From a virus, in the IMG/VR virus record IMGVR_UViG_3300027792_000292, positions 67,127-131,126 of that record: 64,000 nt of DNA; one strand, written 5' to 3'. Of this stretch, positions 1 through 10,344 are shown piece after piece; within the stretch, counting starts at the first letter, position 1, and the number at the start of each line of letters is the position of its first letter. The notes beneath the pieces are model-generated. The model was not told the origin of the DNA. It did not search any database and saw only the letters and a list, made by a program, of their open reading frames with translations. The position numbers and the translations under genes are program-made.

Positions 1-1371
1 TTCGCATTTGATATAAATGCTGAGGTTAAAACTGAAACAGAAAAAATTGAAGTTCTTAAAAAGTTAGGCTTTAATGTTGTACCGACTATAAGTTGCAGTA
101 CAATAGATGATATTTTAAAAATATATAGAGATGTACGGGATAATAAAAGAAAAAATTTATTATTCGGGATAGACGGGCTAGTTTTAAAGGTTGATAATTT
201 AGATTTTCAAAAAGAACTTGGTATAGAGCATAACAGACCAGTAGCCCAAATAGCTTTAAAATTTGACTCCGAAGAAGAAACAACTACTATAGAAGATATA
301 AGATTACAGGTAGGTAGGACGGGGAAGATTGTACCTATCGCTATTCTAACCCCCGTAGAACTTATGGGAAGTACGGTAAAGAAAGCTTCTCTTCATAATT
401 TTAGATATATAGAAGAATGTCAGATTGGAATAGGTGCTGTAGTATCTATAGAAAAATGCGGAGATATAATTCCACAAGTTTCAGATTTAGTTTTAGCAGG
501 TAAAAATTATATAAAACCAGAAGTATGTCCCTCTTGTGGGAAACCTGTTGATGATGATGGAGTGAATCTTTGGTGTAAGAATAAAAGCTGTAAAGAAAAA
601 GAAATTAATCGTATAAATTATTGGATGAGTGTTTTAGATATAAAAGGCTTCTCTAATAAGTTTATAGAGAAATTATGGGATTTAGGGAAAATTAATTGTG
701 CGGGAGACTTATACAAGCTTAAACCAGAAGATTTTGAAGAGGTAGCGGGTATTGGTTCTAAAACCATAAAGAATTTTTTTAAAGTACTTGAAGATACCTC
801 CGAGATGTATCTTGAAACTTTTATAAGAGCCCTAGGAATTTCTTCTTGCTCTGTATCTACTTCCGCTACTCTTGTTCACAATTTTAAAGATTGGGATACT
901 ATAAAAAACATAAAACCTGAAGATTTAGCAAAAATACCTGGATACGGGATTTCATCTGCTACAACTATTTGTGAGGATATGAGAGAGATTTTTGATATGG
1001 CAGATGAACTATTATCTGTGATTAAAATTAAACATAAAAAAATAGGTAGCCTAAATAATAAGTCTTTTTGTGCTACAGGTGCTTTTAATAGCATGTCACG
1101 TAAATCTTTTCAAGACTTAGTTACTGAAAATGGTGGTATAGCTAAAAATGATGTAGGTAAAGGATTAGATTATTTAGTTTCAAATGATAGTAACTCTGGA
1201 TCTTCAAAAAATGAAAAAGCCAAAAAATTCGGAGTAAAAGTTATCAGTGAAAAGGACTTTATGGCTTTAGTAGGTACTACTGTTGAGGCCAAAGCAGAAG
1301 AGAAAAAAGAGAAAGAAAAAAAAGATAGCGGAGTAGCATTGGTGTATAATAATATCTTTGAGGAAGATTGA
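1..1371 (+). CDS. ligA: NAD-dependent DNA ligase, 5'-truncated by the window edge
   Basis: Frame open from base 1 (FAFDI...IDGLVLKVD...IALKF...QVGRTGKIVP), then OB fold, Cys4 zinc finger (CPSC...C...C), HhH repeats and C-terminal BRCT (TGAF..MSR...GG...V.K.LDYLV). Confidence 0.95.
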   Translation, partial: FAFDINAEVKTETEKIEVLKKLGFNVVPTISCSTIDDILKIYRDVRDNKRKNLLFGIDGLVLKVDNLDFQKELGIEHNRPVAQIALKFDSEEETTTIEDIRLQVGRTGKIVPIAILTPVELMGSTVKKASLHNFRYIEECQIGIGAVVSIEKCGDIIPQVSDLVLAGKNYIKPEVCPSCGKPVDDDGVNLWCKNKSCKEKEINRINYWMSVLDIKGFSNKFIEKLWDLGKINCAGDLYKLKPEDFEEVAGIGSKTIKNFFKVLEDTSEMYLETFIRALGISSCSVSTSATLVHNFKDWDTIKNIKPEDLAKIPGYGISSATTICEDMREIFDMADELLSVIKIKHKKIGSLNNKSFCATGAFNSMSRKSFQDLVTENGGIAKNDVGKGLDYLVSNDSNSGSSKNEKAKKFGVKVISEKDFMALVGTTVEAKAEEKKEKEKKDSGVALVYNNIFEED

Positions 1372-1447
1372 TTAGTATACCTTGTTACAAACTTAATTTA
1401 TTTTCTTATAAAAGTAAAAATAATTAAACACGTTCTGGAGGAAAAAG

Positions 1448-2335
1448 ATGATTAAACTAAAAGATATTTCAATATCAGACATAAACATGAGAGATATTGG
1501 TACAGAAGATTTAGATATAAAAGAACTAGAAAATTCTATATGTAACATGGGCCTACTTAGTAGGATCATTCTTAAAAAAAACGGAGAGCACATAGAGCTT
1601 ATTACCGGGGCTCGAAGGTTACGAGCTTTGATAGGTATAAGAGGAGAGATGGGAGAACTTGAAGATTCTGAATATATCTTCTTTGACAAATTATCAGAAA
1701 TGGAATTGTTCTGTGTATCCCTTGATGAAAATACTAAAAGAAAAAATTTATCCCCCTTTGAGTTATGCAAAGCTATTTTATGGTTAAATAATCACGGTAA
1801 AAAAGATAAAGAGATTGCTGAGATCCTTGGAGTTACCCCTCATAGGCTAAAAAGGCTTAGCCAACTAAGTGCCGATAAGAATAAAATGTTACCTGAGATA
1901 ATAGATGAGTTAAAGAAGAGTAATGGAAAAATTAATGACCTTCATTGGGATAAGATGCGGGAAGTAGAAGATCGAGAGGTTGTTAAGGATGTTTATGAGC
2001 AGATAGTAGAGAAAGAGTTGCCTCCTAGAGACGTACCTCAAATAGTTAATGCTGTACAGAAGGCTAGGAAAGCAGAGGAGGAGGCAACAGCACCGCCCCC
2101 TGCTTCTGATGTCGCCAAGTTAGATGGGGCTCCTGAAGACGTTGGAGGCCCTATAGTTTACTCTCATAAGGGAGACCTATTACTTATTGAGGAGAGCGGT
2201 AAGATGAAGTTCCAAGTTATCGGTAAAGGTGAAGATAGTGAAGTTCCAGTAGACCAGTATTTGGAATATTTAAGGCATCCAGACAAATTCAAATGTAAGG
2301 TTAAATTGGAGTTAAAGTTTATTCCCATAGAATAA
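1448..2335 (+). CDS. ParB/Srx-like N-terminal domain protein with HTH
   Basis: LENSI...GLL..I...ELITGARRLRA box, EN..RKNLSPFE, HTH (EIAEILGVT); GGAGG RBS. Confidence 0.8.
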   Translation: MIKLKDISISDINMRDIGTEDLDIKELENSICNMGLLSRIILKKNGEHIELITGARRLRALIGIRGEMGELEDSEYIFFDKLSEMELFCVSLDENTKRKNLSPFELCKAILWLNNHGKKDKEIAEILGVTPHRLKRLSQLSADKNKMLPEIIDELKKSNGKINDLHWDKMREVEDREVVKDVYEQIVEKELPPRDVPQIVNAVQKARKAEEEATAPPPASDVAKLDGAPEDVGGPIVYSHKGDLLLIEESGKMKFQVIGKGEDSEVPVDQYLEYLRHPDKFKCKVKLELKFIPIE

Positions 2336-2340
2336 ATCTC

Positions 2341-2387
2341 TAATAATCTATTAATTAAGAGCATACTTACATAAAGATTAAGTATGC
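2341..2387 (+). promoter_or_regulatory. Recurrent TAATAAYYYWTTAAT motif followed by a hairpin (putative late promoter/leader)
   Basis: TAATAATCTATTAAT at 2341; related copies at 7198, 30105, 57674, 58750; hairpin GCATACTTA/TAAGTATGC. Confidence 0.45.
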
Positions 2388-2416
2388 CTCTCATTTTTTT
2401 ATAATTGGAGATATTT

Positions 2417-3736
2417 ATGGCTGATTATACCTCTCCTTATGCTGATATACCATCTTATGGTAAGGGTCCTAAGTCCCTTTACTCAACAAATAATGAGGAG
2501 ATCTTTGAGGTAATTCTTAATGTCCCTCAAATGGATGACGATGATGAGTGGGGTAAAACGGAGACTATTGCATTACGCCAGATTATTGATAGAGTTACTA
2601 CTATTGTTCAGGAAGTGGAAGATCCTAATGCTACGGGTACTAGTGGATTAGTGAACCAGGTTACTGCCCTTAGAAGAGTTATTCTATTAGATAATAATGT
2701 ATTCACATCTGGTATTACAAATGGTTGTTCATTAAGTATAGGTAGCACCCAAATATCCTCAACCGTAGCGGCTTTTGGAGGGTCAGTCACAGCACTGGGT
2801 ACTGTATCCGCTGTAGGATCTTTAAATAGTGGATCAGGATTAAATATTACTGGTAGTAGCATACTATGGGGTGACCTAACTGCTTGCGGTAATGTTAGTA
2901 CCTATGGTATTAGCGTAAATGGTCCTTTAAATGTGGTAGATGGTGATGGTGGTAGTGCAGCATTAAGCATTGCAGGACCTATAGCTGGAGAGTCTGTAAC
3001 CGCTGGATCAGGAAGATTTAATTATCTTGTAACAGAAGATCCGGGAACTAGTACCTTTTGTGGTAATGTTCGTGTAGAAAGCGTTGCTGGATTACCTGAT
3101 GATACAGGGAGTCTTACAGTTGATAAACAAATTACTACGGGGTCTTTAACTGCTACTTCTGTAATTGCTGGAGTAGCGTCATTTAGTGCTATTTCAGTAG
3201 CCGAGGCCGATCAGGATACTAGTACTTTTTTCGGGGCAGTTAATATAGTTAAAGTTACTGGTGTTCCTGATACTGGGTTTCTTACTGTAGAAGATACATT
3301 GACGACTCTTGCTCTTAATGTACTAGATGTGTCTCATTTCTATGGTGTATCAAACTTTTGTGGGTCTGTATTCATAGGGACTGATGGGATTACTAATACA
3401 GTAACACATAAAGGGAACTACATATTGAGTAATGGATACGCTACCATACCAATTATAGCTGGAAATACAAGTTTTAGTAATAACGTAACTATAACTGGTA
3501 CGTTAAATCTTGATGCTCTAGCTTGGACACAGACTATAGCTCCTTCTGTAAGTGGGGGGTATTCTTTAGGTAGTGCGGACTCAGCTTATTTAGGAGTTTA
3601 CCTGACAGATAGAAATAGTGCGGTACCTAATCCCTATCTTTTCTTTTTCTATCAAGGTGCTACTACACCATATCTTGGAGTGAGGATTGGTGCTACAAAC
3701 TATTATGTTGCGCTGACTAATTTAAGTCCGGCATAA
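2417..3736 (+). CDS. Putative virion structural / fibre-like beta-rich protein
   Basis: G/T/S/V-rich with repeated GSLTV / STFFG-type beta motifs; GGAG RBS before ATG 2417. Confidence 0.5.
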   Translation: MADYTSPYADIPSYGKGPKSLYSTNNEEIFEVILNVPQMDDDDEWGKTETIALRQIIDRVTTIVQEVEDPNATGTSGLVNQVTALRRVILLDNNVFTSGITNGCSLSIGSTQISSTVAAFGGSVTALGTVSAVGSLNSGSGLNITGSSILWGDLTACGNVSTYGISVNGPLNVVDGDGGSAALSIAGPIAGESVTAGSGRFNYLVTEDPGTSTFCGNVRVESVAGLPDDTGSLTVDKQITTGSLTATSVIAGVASFSAISVAEADQDTSTFFGAVNIVKVTGVPDTGFLTVEDTLTTLALNVLDVSHFYGVSNFCGSVFIGTDGITNTVTHKGNYILSNGYATIPIIAGNTSFSNNVTITGTLNLDALAWTQTIAPSVSGGYSLGSADSAYLGVYLTDRNSAVPNPYLFFFYQGATTPYLGVRIGATNYYVALTNLSPA

Positions 3737-3767
3737 AATATAACACATCATATTGAAGGAGATTCAG

Positions 3768-4199
3768 ATGAAGATTAAGAATGGTTTTATTGCAGATCCA
3801 AATTTCAAAGTAGCTTTTCAGTCCCTGTTCTCAAGACCTGTGACAGCTAAACAGTGCTTGGAACTAAATCAGTCTGCCGATGAACTTGATTCCCATTTAA
3901 GAATTATACTAAAATCTAAGTTCCAGATAATGGAAAAATACGGAAAAAAAGACGAATCTGGTAAGCTGATGACGGAAGCTAATGGAGATGTATTATTTCC
4001 TAATGCTGAGGTTAAAGAAAAATGCGCAAAAGAAGTAATGGAGATACTTAATGAAGAATATGATATCCCACTCACATCTAAAATTATTATGTTCGAGGAT
4101 GAGATTATTCTTCCAGTACATTATAGTCTTTTGAGGGATTTGATAGAAATCAAAGAACGTCCAAAATTGCCAGATGCTAAGGTAGAAGTTAAAGTATAA
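3768..4199 (+). CDS. Hypothetical phage protein (helical, possible fibre chaperone)
   Basis: ORF with AAGGAG RBS; EKYGKKDESGK motif resembles small phage proteins found next to fibre genes. Confidence 0.5.
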   Translation: MKIKNGFIADPNFKVAFQSLFSRPVTAKQCLELNQSADELDSHLRIILKSKFQIMEKYGKKDESGKLMTEANGDVLFPNAEVKEKCAKEVMEILNEEYDIPLTSKIIMFEDEIILPVHYSLLRDLIEIKERPKLPDAKVEVKV

Positions 4200-4227
4200 A
4201 GAGAGGGGGAAATCCCCCTCTCTTTTT
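4198..4227 (+). terminator. Rho-independent terminator
   Basis: AAAGAGAGGGGG-AAAT-CCCCCTCTCTTT followed by T run. Confidence 0.85.
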
Positions 4228-4229
4228 AC

Positions 4230-4258
4230 TTGATCCATAATTCTAAAAGTTGTATATT
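4230..4258 (+). promoter_or_regulatory. sigma70-type promoter TTGATC-N17-TATATT
   Basis: Same -35/-10 hexamers and 17-nt spacer as the three promoters in the ncRNA array. Confidence 0.7.
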
Positions 4259-4364
4259 AGTTTTATAACCGAACATGCAGGTTGAAACGCATGTGTGGAA
4301 GAGACCATCACTCCCAGGTTTCAAAATCGGTAACTGTAGAATGTTGCCAAATTTGGAGGTTAGT

Positions 4365-5312
4365 ATGTCTGACGTATCTGTTTTTATGTCCCGCGTTATT
4401 GAAGTTTCTCGCATCCTCAAAGTTACAGAATCGGAAATCCTTGAAGCTCTGCAAGAAGAAGGCATTGAAGACAACGATGAGGGTTTGATGCTATTGGATG
4501 CAGAAACCACATCAGAAGATTATCTGGCAGAATGCATTAAGACCGCATTAGAAAGTCCGAAGTACAACAGAAAAGTCCCATTACTCAAGTTGAGAGCAGC
4601 TGCCGCTATTCTTAAAGGTAAGAATCCATTTGCAAAGCCTGAAATGGCTACTAAAGAGGTACCCGAGGGAACTCTCACGAGTACTATAGTAGAGGCACTC
4701 AAAGCCCAACGCCCAATCGAACAACTGAAAGATAAAGAGCTTATCGAACTCTTTCAGGAAGATCGAGATGATAAAATTGCTCAAGAGTTAAATCGTAGAG
4801 CCAATGGTCTTCCCTTCATCGTACTTGCTCCAGGTAAGACAAATGCTGGGCAGGAGAAGATCAATATAGATGCTACTGCCGATTTGCTTAAGAGAGCACG
4901 TAAAGGTGCGGCTCAGCAAAACATAGTAATAGAAGAGGGCTCGGTCCCAGTCTATAAGATTTCTGAACTTGACCCGGAATCTTTAGTGAATGAAGTGTGT
5001 TCTATTTGCGAAGAGAGAGACTTATACAGAGGTTACTGTGATAAATGTAATATGCTCTTTACAGGACTCAGTGATGATGTAAAGAAGTTCATGATACTTG
5101 TTGCAAGATCCTCAGGGTTTAGTCGCAAAACGGCATCAGACAGAAAAAGCTTGTATGAGACAGCTAAGAAAGGTCTCGAAGCTCTAATGTCAGAATGGCC
5201 TACAGTAACGAAAGAGTTTAAGAGACTCCAAGCTATTGATGAACTTCCGAAGTTTCGAAGAGCGAGAAGTACTCCCAGTATTCTCAAAGATCCATTCTAT
5301 ATTGCAAAATAA
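4365..5312 (+). CDS. Hypothetical protein with a CxxC...CxxC zinc ribbon
   Basis: GGAGG RBS before ATG 4365; CSIC...CDKC. Confidence 0.6.
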   Translation: MSDVSVFMSRVIEVSRILKVTESEILEALQEEGIEDNDEGLMLLDAETTSEDYLAECIKTALESPKYNRKVPLLKLRAAAAILKGKNPFAKPEMATKEVPEGTLTSTIVEALKAQRPIEQLKDKELIELFQEDRDDKIAQELNRRANGLPFIVLAPGKTNAGQEKINIDATADLLKRARKGAAQQNIVIEEGSVPVYKISELDPESLVNEVCSICEERDLYRGYCDKCNMLFTGLSDDVKKFMILVARSSGFSRKTASDRKSLYETAKKGLEALMSEWPTVTKEFKRLQAIDELPKFRRARSTPSILKDPFYIAK

Positions 5313-5372
5313 TTCATAGGGGCCTTTATAGACCCCCTTCAAATTTCAAAAAAAAAATAACGAGGAGATAAT

Positions 5373-6581
5373 ATGAGTATGCTAAATGCGTCTGTTTTTT
5401 CCATAACTCCTCATATGCAAAGAGTTATGGATATCAATGGTTGTTATGCTTCAATAATGAGGGCAGAAAAGAAACAAGAAGAGAGTAGTGATGGGTTACC
5501 CTCAGGTATACCTATACCAGTTCTTCCTGTAGATTACCTGAAAGATCGCCCCAAGGAATGGGTTGGCGGAGAGGGGTCTTACGTAGTACCTGTAGATTCT
5601 GATTGGGGTCTTTGGTTCAATTGGACTATGAATAATCCAATGGATACATCTGTTCTCGTTTCAGTAAAAGGGATGAATCCATTGACCGGACAGAAAATAA
5701 ATGGGTACACTCTTGAAGAGACTGGGAATGAATGCCCTATTCATAAGACTCCTTTTAAGAGGGGCAAGCTTTGTACTGAGTGTGGATTTAAGTGGCCATC
5801 ACAGAATTTTATTTCAGCCCCCAACCCACTTTATCTCGATGGTTTTAGACAAGCAGATGGAAATGTTCGTCAGTTCTTCTTCACTGAAGATATGGCACGT
5901 TCAATACCAGAGTTGGTAATTGGTAAAGAAGATACTGTGCCAGCGTTTGGATTCTGCTTTTATCGAAGAAAGAAGTATGAGATAACGTATGAGGGAGGGA
6001 ATAGATGTAAGAACGAATTTCCAAAAATTCAAGATATAAATGTAAGTTACCTAATAGGAGAAACAGGCGCACTATGTACTTCCTGTGATTCTTTAGAATA
6101 CGAACGTAGAACTTCTGGAGCCAGGCTCAGAGGCGGTGGCGTAGGGTCTACGAAGCGTTTTGGGCATCTATATAGTAAAGGACTCAGTAGTAGCTACGAG
6201 GCTTCCTATAGTACTTTATGTTGTGCTGCTGATGCCTCAGTTTCTTCATCAGAGCCAGAATTAAGGGCTTTCTATGCGGATTCTGATGTAGCACATACTA
6301 TCAATCTTGTAGACTCCTTTAGTGATGCTATAGAAGACCGTAGCGAAGTAAGGCTATATAAAAGTGCTGATGTGGGTATCGGCGCTGGAGCTAGGATAAA
6401 ACAGGACTTCATAAAATCTATAGTTCCTTTAGAGGATTGGAAGGAAAAACCCGAAGGTACACTCAGGTTATATTTTGTCTTCCAGGAACAGTTTGAGGCT
6501 ATGGCTGAAGCAGGCTTTAACGACCTTAGCGGAGCTAAGGAAGGATATTTGGTAAATCTTCCCGTAGGAGGTAGCAAATGA
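5373..6581 (+). CDS. Conserved hypothetical protein resembling a bacterial/fungal family often fused to ubiquitin domains, with zinc-ribbon insert
   Basis: Motifs LPVD...W..G...VP...LWFNW, QNFI.AP...YLDG....G.VRQF, GIGAGARIKQ...W; family match is from memory. Confidence 0.5.
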   Translation: MSMLNASVFSITPHMQRVMDINGCYASIMRAEKKQEESSDGLPSGIPIPVLPVDYLKDRPKEWVGGEGSYVVPVDSDWGLWFNWTMNNPMDTSVLVSVKGMNPLTGQKINGYTLEETGNECPIHKTPFKRGKLCTECGFKWPSQNFISAPNPLYLDGFRQADGNVRQFFFTEDMARSIPELVIGKEDTVPAFGFCFYRRKKYEITYEGGNRCKNEFPKIQDINVSYLIGETGALCTSCDSLEYERRTSGARLRGGGVGSTKRFGHLYSKGLSSSYEASYSTLCCAADASVSSSEPELRAFYADSDVAHTINLVDSFSDAIEDRSEVRLYKSADVGIGAGARIKQDFIKSIVPLEDWKEKPEGTLRLYFVFQEQFEAMAEAGFNDLSGAKEGYLVNLPVGGSK

Positions 6582-7183
6582 ATAAAGTAGATTTGTTATT
6601 TATAGTAGATATAACAGGATCTATGGGGAATCTTATTACAGAAGCAAAAAGAAGGATGAAGGATATTTTAGATAGGATAGTTAAAGAATATAATATCGAT
6701 TTAAAAGTTGGGTTAAGCTTTTATAGAGATCACCCATCGCAGGAAAGCACCTTTGTTACTGTTACATATGACTTAGATGATGTTGGTAAGACTGTAAAAG
6801 TGTTTGATACAGTTACAGCTTCAGGTGGAGGAGATACACCAGAAGCAGGTTTAGATGGAATTATTGATGGTATAAGTGACATGAAGTGGAGAGAGGGTTC
6901 CAGAAGAGTAGCTTTTCTTATTGGGGATGCTCCACTACACGGTATGTATGGTGATGAGGGTTGCTGTATGTGTGGGAAGACTTGGGGAGATGCTATTTCT
7001 ATAGCACAGTCTAAAGAAGTTACTATTTATTCTATCGTGTTAGGCGGAAATAGTGAAGCTCAGGATAATTTCAAAACATTAGCTATTTTTTCTGGTGGCC
7101 TTTATATCAAGACGGAAGATGCTATTGGTGCTATTTTTAATACACTAAAAGTTACTATGGAAGACCTTTCTATAAAAAGATAA
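6578..7183 (+). CDS. vWA domain protein
   Basis: MIDAS DITGSM, YRDH, GGGDTPEA, WR..SRRVAFLIGDAPLHG. Confidence 0.9.
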   Translation: MNKVDLLFIVDITGSMGNLITEAKRRMKDILDRIVKEYNIDLKVGLSFYRDHPSQESTFVTVTYDLDDVGKTVKVFDTVTASGGGDTPEAGLDGIIDGISDMKWREGSRRVAFLIGDAPLHGMYGDEGCCMCGKTWGDAISIAQSKEVTIYSIVLGGNSEAQDNFKTLAIFSGGLYIKTEDAIGAIFNTLKVTMEDLSIKR

Positions 7184-7262
7184 TTACTTTTAGAGTGTAA
7201 TAATTTATTAATACGGGATGCTTCTAAAAGGAAGTGTCCCGTATTTTTTAAGGAGACTTAAT

Positions 7263-8048
7263 ATGGAATTATTAATATCCATGTTAGATAAAGTAGCTAA
7301 TGCTATCCAAGCTGAAGGATTACTCAAAGAGGCAGAGATGATAGATATAGTTTCAAATACTTTAGATATTTTGAATAAGAAATGTAGTTGGTGTGGTGGT
7401 TTTCATGGTCAGTGGCAGGGGCCTGATCCTAAAAAAGGGGATAAGGTAAAAGCTGTCAAAAAAGGTGGTTTGTCAGCTCCCTATGCCGATGGTACTTTTG
7501 AAGTTTCTAAAGTTATCTCTAATTTTAGAGGCACGGATAGACCTGGAGTTGAAGCTGTTGGAAGTTCTGGCTTAGAATATTTTCCTTTAGATTGTTGTAC
7601 TAATGCTATAGCAAAAGAAGCTTCAAAAAAGAAGAAAAAGTGGATTCCTAAAAAGTTAGAAGAAGGTCGTCTTAGTAAGTATAAGAAGCCAGGTGAGAGC
7701 CTGGCTGACGCGGCTCATAGGGCGCTTAAATCAGACGATCATAGTCTTCGTGGCGCTGGGAGTTTATATTTGAATGTATTTCATAAGAAAGAAGCTGTAG
7801 AGCTTTCTGAGGTAGAACGCACAGACTTTGTATTTGCAGCTAACAATCCTAAAGTAAAAGATAAAAGAGGGCATTTTCCTATACCAGATAAAGCTCATGG
7901 TCAGAATGCTTTAGCTAGAGTTAATCAATACGGTTCAGTACCATCTTGGTATGACGGTTCTCTGGAGGACTTAAAGAAGACTGTTGTAGATAAGGTTGAG
8001 GCTAGGTTTCCAACGATGGAAATAGAAGAAGAGAAGTTTGATAAATAA
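7263..8048 (+). CDS. Hypothetical phage protein (possible head-associated)
   Basis: AGGAG RBS; C-terminal HFPIPDKAHGQNALARVNQ motif resembles phage head-associated proteins. Confidence 0.45.
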   Translation: MELLISMLDKVANAIQAEGLLKEAEMIDIVSNTLDILNKKCSWCGGFHGQWQGPDPKKGDKVKAVKKGGLSAPYADGTFEVSKVISNFRGTDRPGVEAVGSSGLEYFPLDCCTNAIAKEASKKKKKWIPKKLEEGRLSKYKKPGESLADAAHRALKSDDHSLRGAGSLYLNVFHKKEAVELSEVERTDFVFAANNPKVKDKRGHFPIPDKAHGQNALARVNQYGSVPSWYDGSLEDLKKTVVDKVEARFPTMEIEEEKFDK

Positions 8049-8179
8049 TCTTGATGACCATACTTCTTAGTGGAAGTTATAGGCAGACTTTAGAATACCC
8101 TATAAATATTTTGAATACGAGGAAACATTCAAAATACAGTGCCCAGATTGCATCGTCGAAGAATCCGGGCAGCTATAGT

Positions 8180-8596
8180 CTATTTTTTTGTAATTTTTTT
8201 CTGCATAGCTTTGGCTTTCGCAGCTTTTATTTTTATTCCAGCTTCTTTAGCTTTAGCATTTTTTACATCATTAGAGATACCTATATTGTGTTTAATCTCC
8301 TCGTAAGCTCCACGTACAGCTCCGCTAACAACATCCATATGAGCATGCTCAAGCACAAACAGCTCTTTTTTATCCGGGAAAAATCTTTGATATGCACAAG
8401 CATTCAAAAACAAAGAGCCTTCCATAAGTTCATGATGTAGATAATCCAAAAAAGTTTCTGTATCGTAATCTTTATTTATGTATATTTTCTTGTTTCCGAT
8501 ATCACACTCTCCACCAAATCCTATCTCTTCTGGTCTCCCCTCTCTAATGCAAGTCCAAGTATTACCGAATAAGGTAAATGAACATTGTGTTTTCAT
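8180..8596 (-). CDS. Small zincin-like protein (HHELME)
   Basis: GEC......IYIN........LHHELME pattern; GGAAGG RBS; the only clear minus-strand gene. Confidence 0.55.
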   Translation of the reverse strand: MKTQCSFTLFGNTWTCIREGRPEEIGFGGECDIGNKKIYINKDYDTETFLDYLHHELMEGSLFLNACAYQRFFPDKKELFVLEHAHMDVVSGAVRGAYEEIKHNIGISNDVKNAKAKEAGIKIKAAKAKAMQKKITKK

Positions 8597-8790
8597 AATA
8601 GTTCCTTCCAGGCAGAGTTTAGTAGCTTAATTAATAAACCGTCACTAATTAGTAGATTATCACCATTTATACGGCCATAATCTATTCATACATAACTACA
8701 ATTAATTGGCCGTAGATAAAATATTTACTTTAAGATACAACTGTAAGTTATTATATTACATTAATATTTTAAAATTTGAGAGGAGATTCT

Positions 8791-9948
8791 ATGAGACCTC
8801 GTACAAAAAGTTCTAATCCTAAACATCAAATTCTGGCCCGTCCTGATGTGGAAACCGAGGAAGAGGCTGACATTGATAGCGGTATCTTAAGGCTTCAAGA
8901 TGAGAATCATAAGCTACGGTCTAAACTGAAAGACTTACAAAGAGAGAGCACTCTTTTCAAATCTCTTGCTGCGATCATTAAAGACCAAGCCCCCTTCTCT
9001 ACTTTTGCCCCTTGTAAATTACCGAAGATAACTAGAAAAGTCACTGAGTCTGCAATGCTCGTTCTCTCCGATAGTCATGGAGACCAGGAGATCCTAGGTA
9101 AGAGAGTTCAGAGTCTGGAAGAATATAATTTTGATGTCGCTTGTCGTAGAGCTGAGAGAATAGTTGATACTACTATAAGTCATCTAATTGACAATCTGAA
9201 AGGATATACTTTCGAGCGGCTATACATAGCCGGGCTTGGAGATTATGTTAATGGTGAGATTCATTCAGCACTTGAGCACTCCAAATGGAAAAATGCAATG
9301 AAGAATGCTATGGGCATGGGCGAATTAATGGCTATGATGATCACGGATTTATCTCGTTATTTTCCTGAGATAGTTTTCTGTTCAGTTTCAGGTAATCATG
9401 GTAGAAAAAGTATAAAGAAGGATTATAGAGGAGCGCAGGATAATTGGGACTATCTTGTAGGTATGCACACAGCTACAAGACTAAAGCCTCTTATAGAAGA
9501 GGGAAGAGTAAAGATACACATACCAGATTCTTGGTCTATGGGGTTGAGTGTTTATAATTGGAATTTCGTATTAAATCACGGAGATGATATAAAGAGCTGG
9601 AATAGTCTCCCATGGTATGGGATTGAAAGAAAAACAAGAAGATTAAATGCTATTGGTTCAATAACTGGTAAAATGCCAAATTACTTTTTATTTGGACACT
9701 TTCATAATATGGCTACTCAACAGCATACCACAGGAGAGACTCTCATCAATGGTAGCTGGAATGCTACCGATGAGTTTGCCTTGGAAGGATTAGGAGCATA
9801 CTCCGAACCTTTTCAGTGGTTATTTGGTATTCACCCAAAATATGGGATAACCTGGAGACTTCCAGTAAAGTTAAGAGTTCCTAATTGGGCAGATGCTGAA
9901 AGTAAATCAGGACGTTATAACATAAGTCTATTTGAAGATTTTGAGTGA
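8791..9948 (+). CDS. Calcineurin-like metallophosphoesterase with N-terminal coiled coil
   Basis: SDSH, GD, GNHG, HGD and GHFH motifs. Confidence 0.85.
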   Translation: MRPRTKSSNPKHQILARPDVETEEEADIDSGILRLQDENHKLRSKLKDLQRESTLFKSLAAIIKDQAPFSTFAPCKLPKITRKVTESAMLVLSDSHGDQEILGKRVQSLEEYNFDVACRRAERIVDTTISHLIDNLKGYTFERLYIAGLGDYVNGEIHSALEHSKWKNAMKNAMGMGELMAMMITDLSRYFPEIVFCSVSGNHGRKSIKKDYRGAQDNWDYLVGMHTATRLKPLIEEGRVKIHIPDSWSMGLSVYNWNFVLNHGDDIKSWNSLPWYGIERKTRRLNAIGSITGKMPNYFLFGHFHNMATQQHTTGETLINGSWNATDEFALEGLGAYSEPFQWLFGIHPKYGITWRLPVKLRVPNWADAESKSGRYNISLFEDFE

Positions 9949-10129
9949 TACTATGTATAAATTTATTAAGAAAATCAAAAATGTCTTTGTTCCTCTCCAG
10001 GCTACTATACTTCTATTCAACCTGGAGACATAGTACTTGTACTAAAGGATGGTAAACCATACGGAGTTTGTGGATCGGTTTATGCTACGTAGGTTGATAT
10101 GTCAAGACAAATAGAATATAAAAAATCAC

Positions 10130-10158
10130 TTGATCTTAAATAAGTGAAATGGTATATT
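10130..10158 (+). promoter_or_regulatory. sigma70-type promoter of the ncRNA array (P1)
   Basis: TTGATC-17 nt-TATATT with TG extended -10; boxA-like GATCTTTGA at 10167. Confidence 0.75.
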
Positions 10159-10181
10159 AGTAGTACGATCTTTGATAAAAT

Positions 10182-10330
10182 GGGTTCTGCACTCTGACAG
10201 ATAATGGATGCGTACATTTGCATTTGCATTTAGCTCAGTCGGTAGAGCTGAGGAATAATAATCCTTTGGTCGGCGGTTCAACTCCGCTAGTGCATTCCTT
10301 TCTATCGCATCTGCGACTTGTGCAGAACCC
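10182..10330 (+). ncRNA. Scaffolded RNA unit 1 carrying a linear tRNA-like cargo (loop ATAATAA, anticodon AAT)
   Basis: Outer stem GGGTTCTGCAC/GTGCAGAACCC; GATGCGTACATT...CGCATC; D arm TAGCTCAGTCGGTAGAGC, T arm GGCGG-TTCAACT-CCGCT. Confidence 0.8.
10224..10296 (+). tRNA. tRNA-like cloverleaf (Ile-AAT-like, non-canonical) embedded in unit 1
   Basis: Acceptor TGCATT/AGTGCA, anticodon stem GAGGA/TCCTT, no encoded CCA. Confidence 0.5.
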
Positions 10331-10344
10331 TTTTAAAATTTTTC

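Noticed and set aside
8051-8440. Plus-strand 129-aa ORF
   Set aside because: Shadow of the minus-strand gene 8180..8596, which has an RBS and a recognisable motif.
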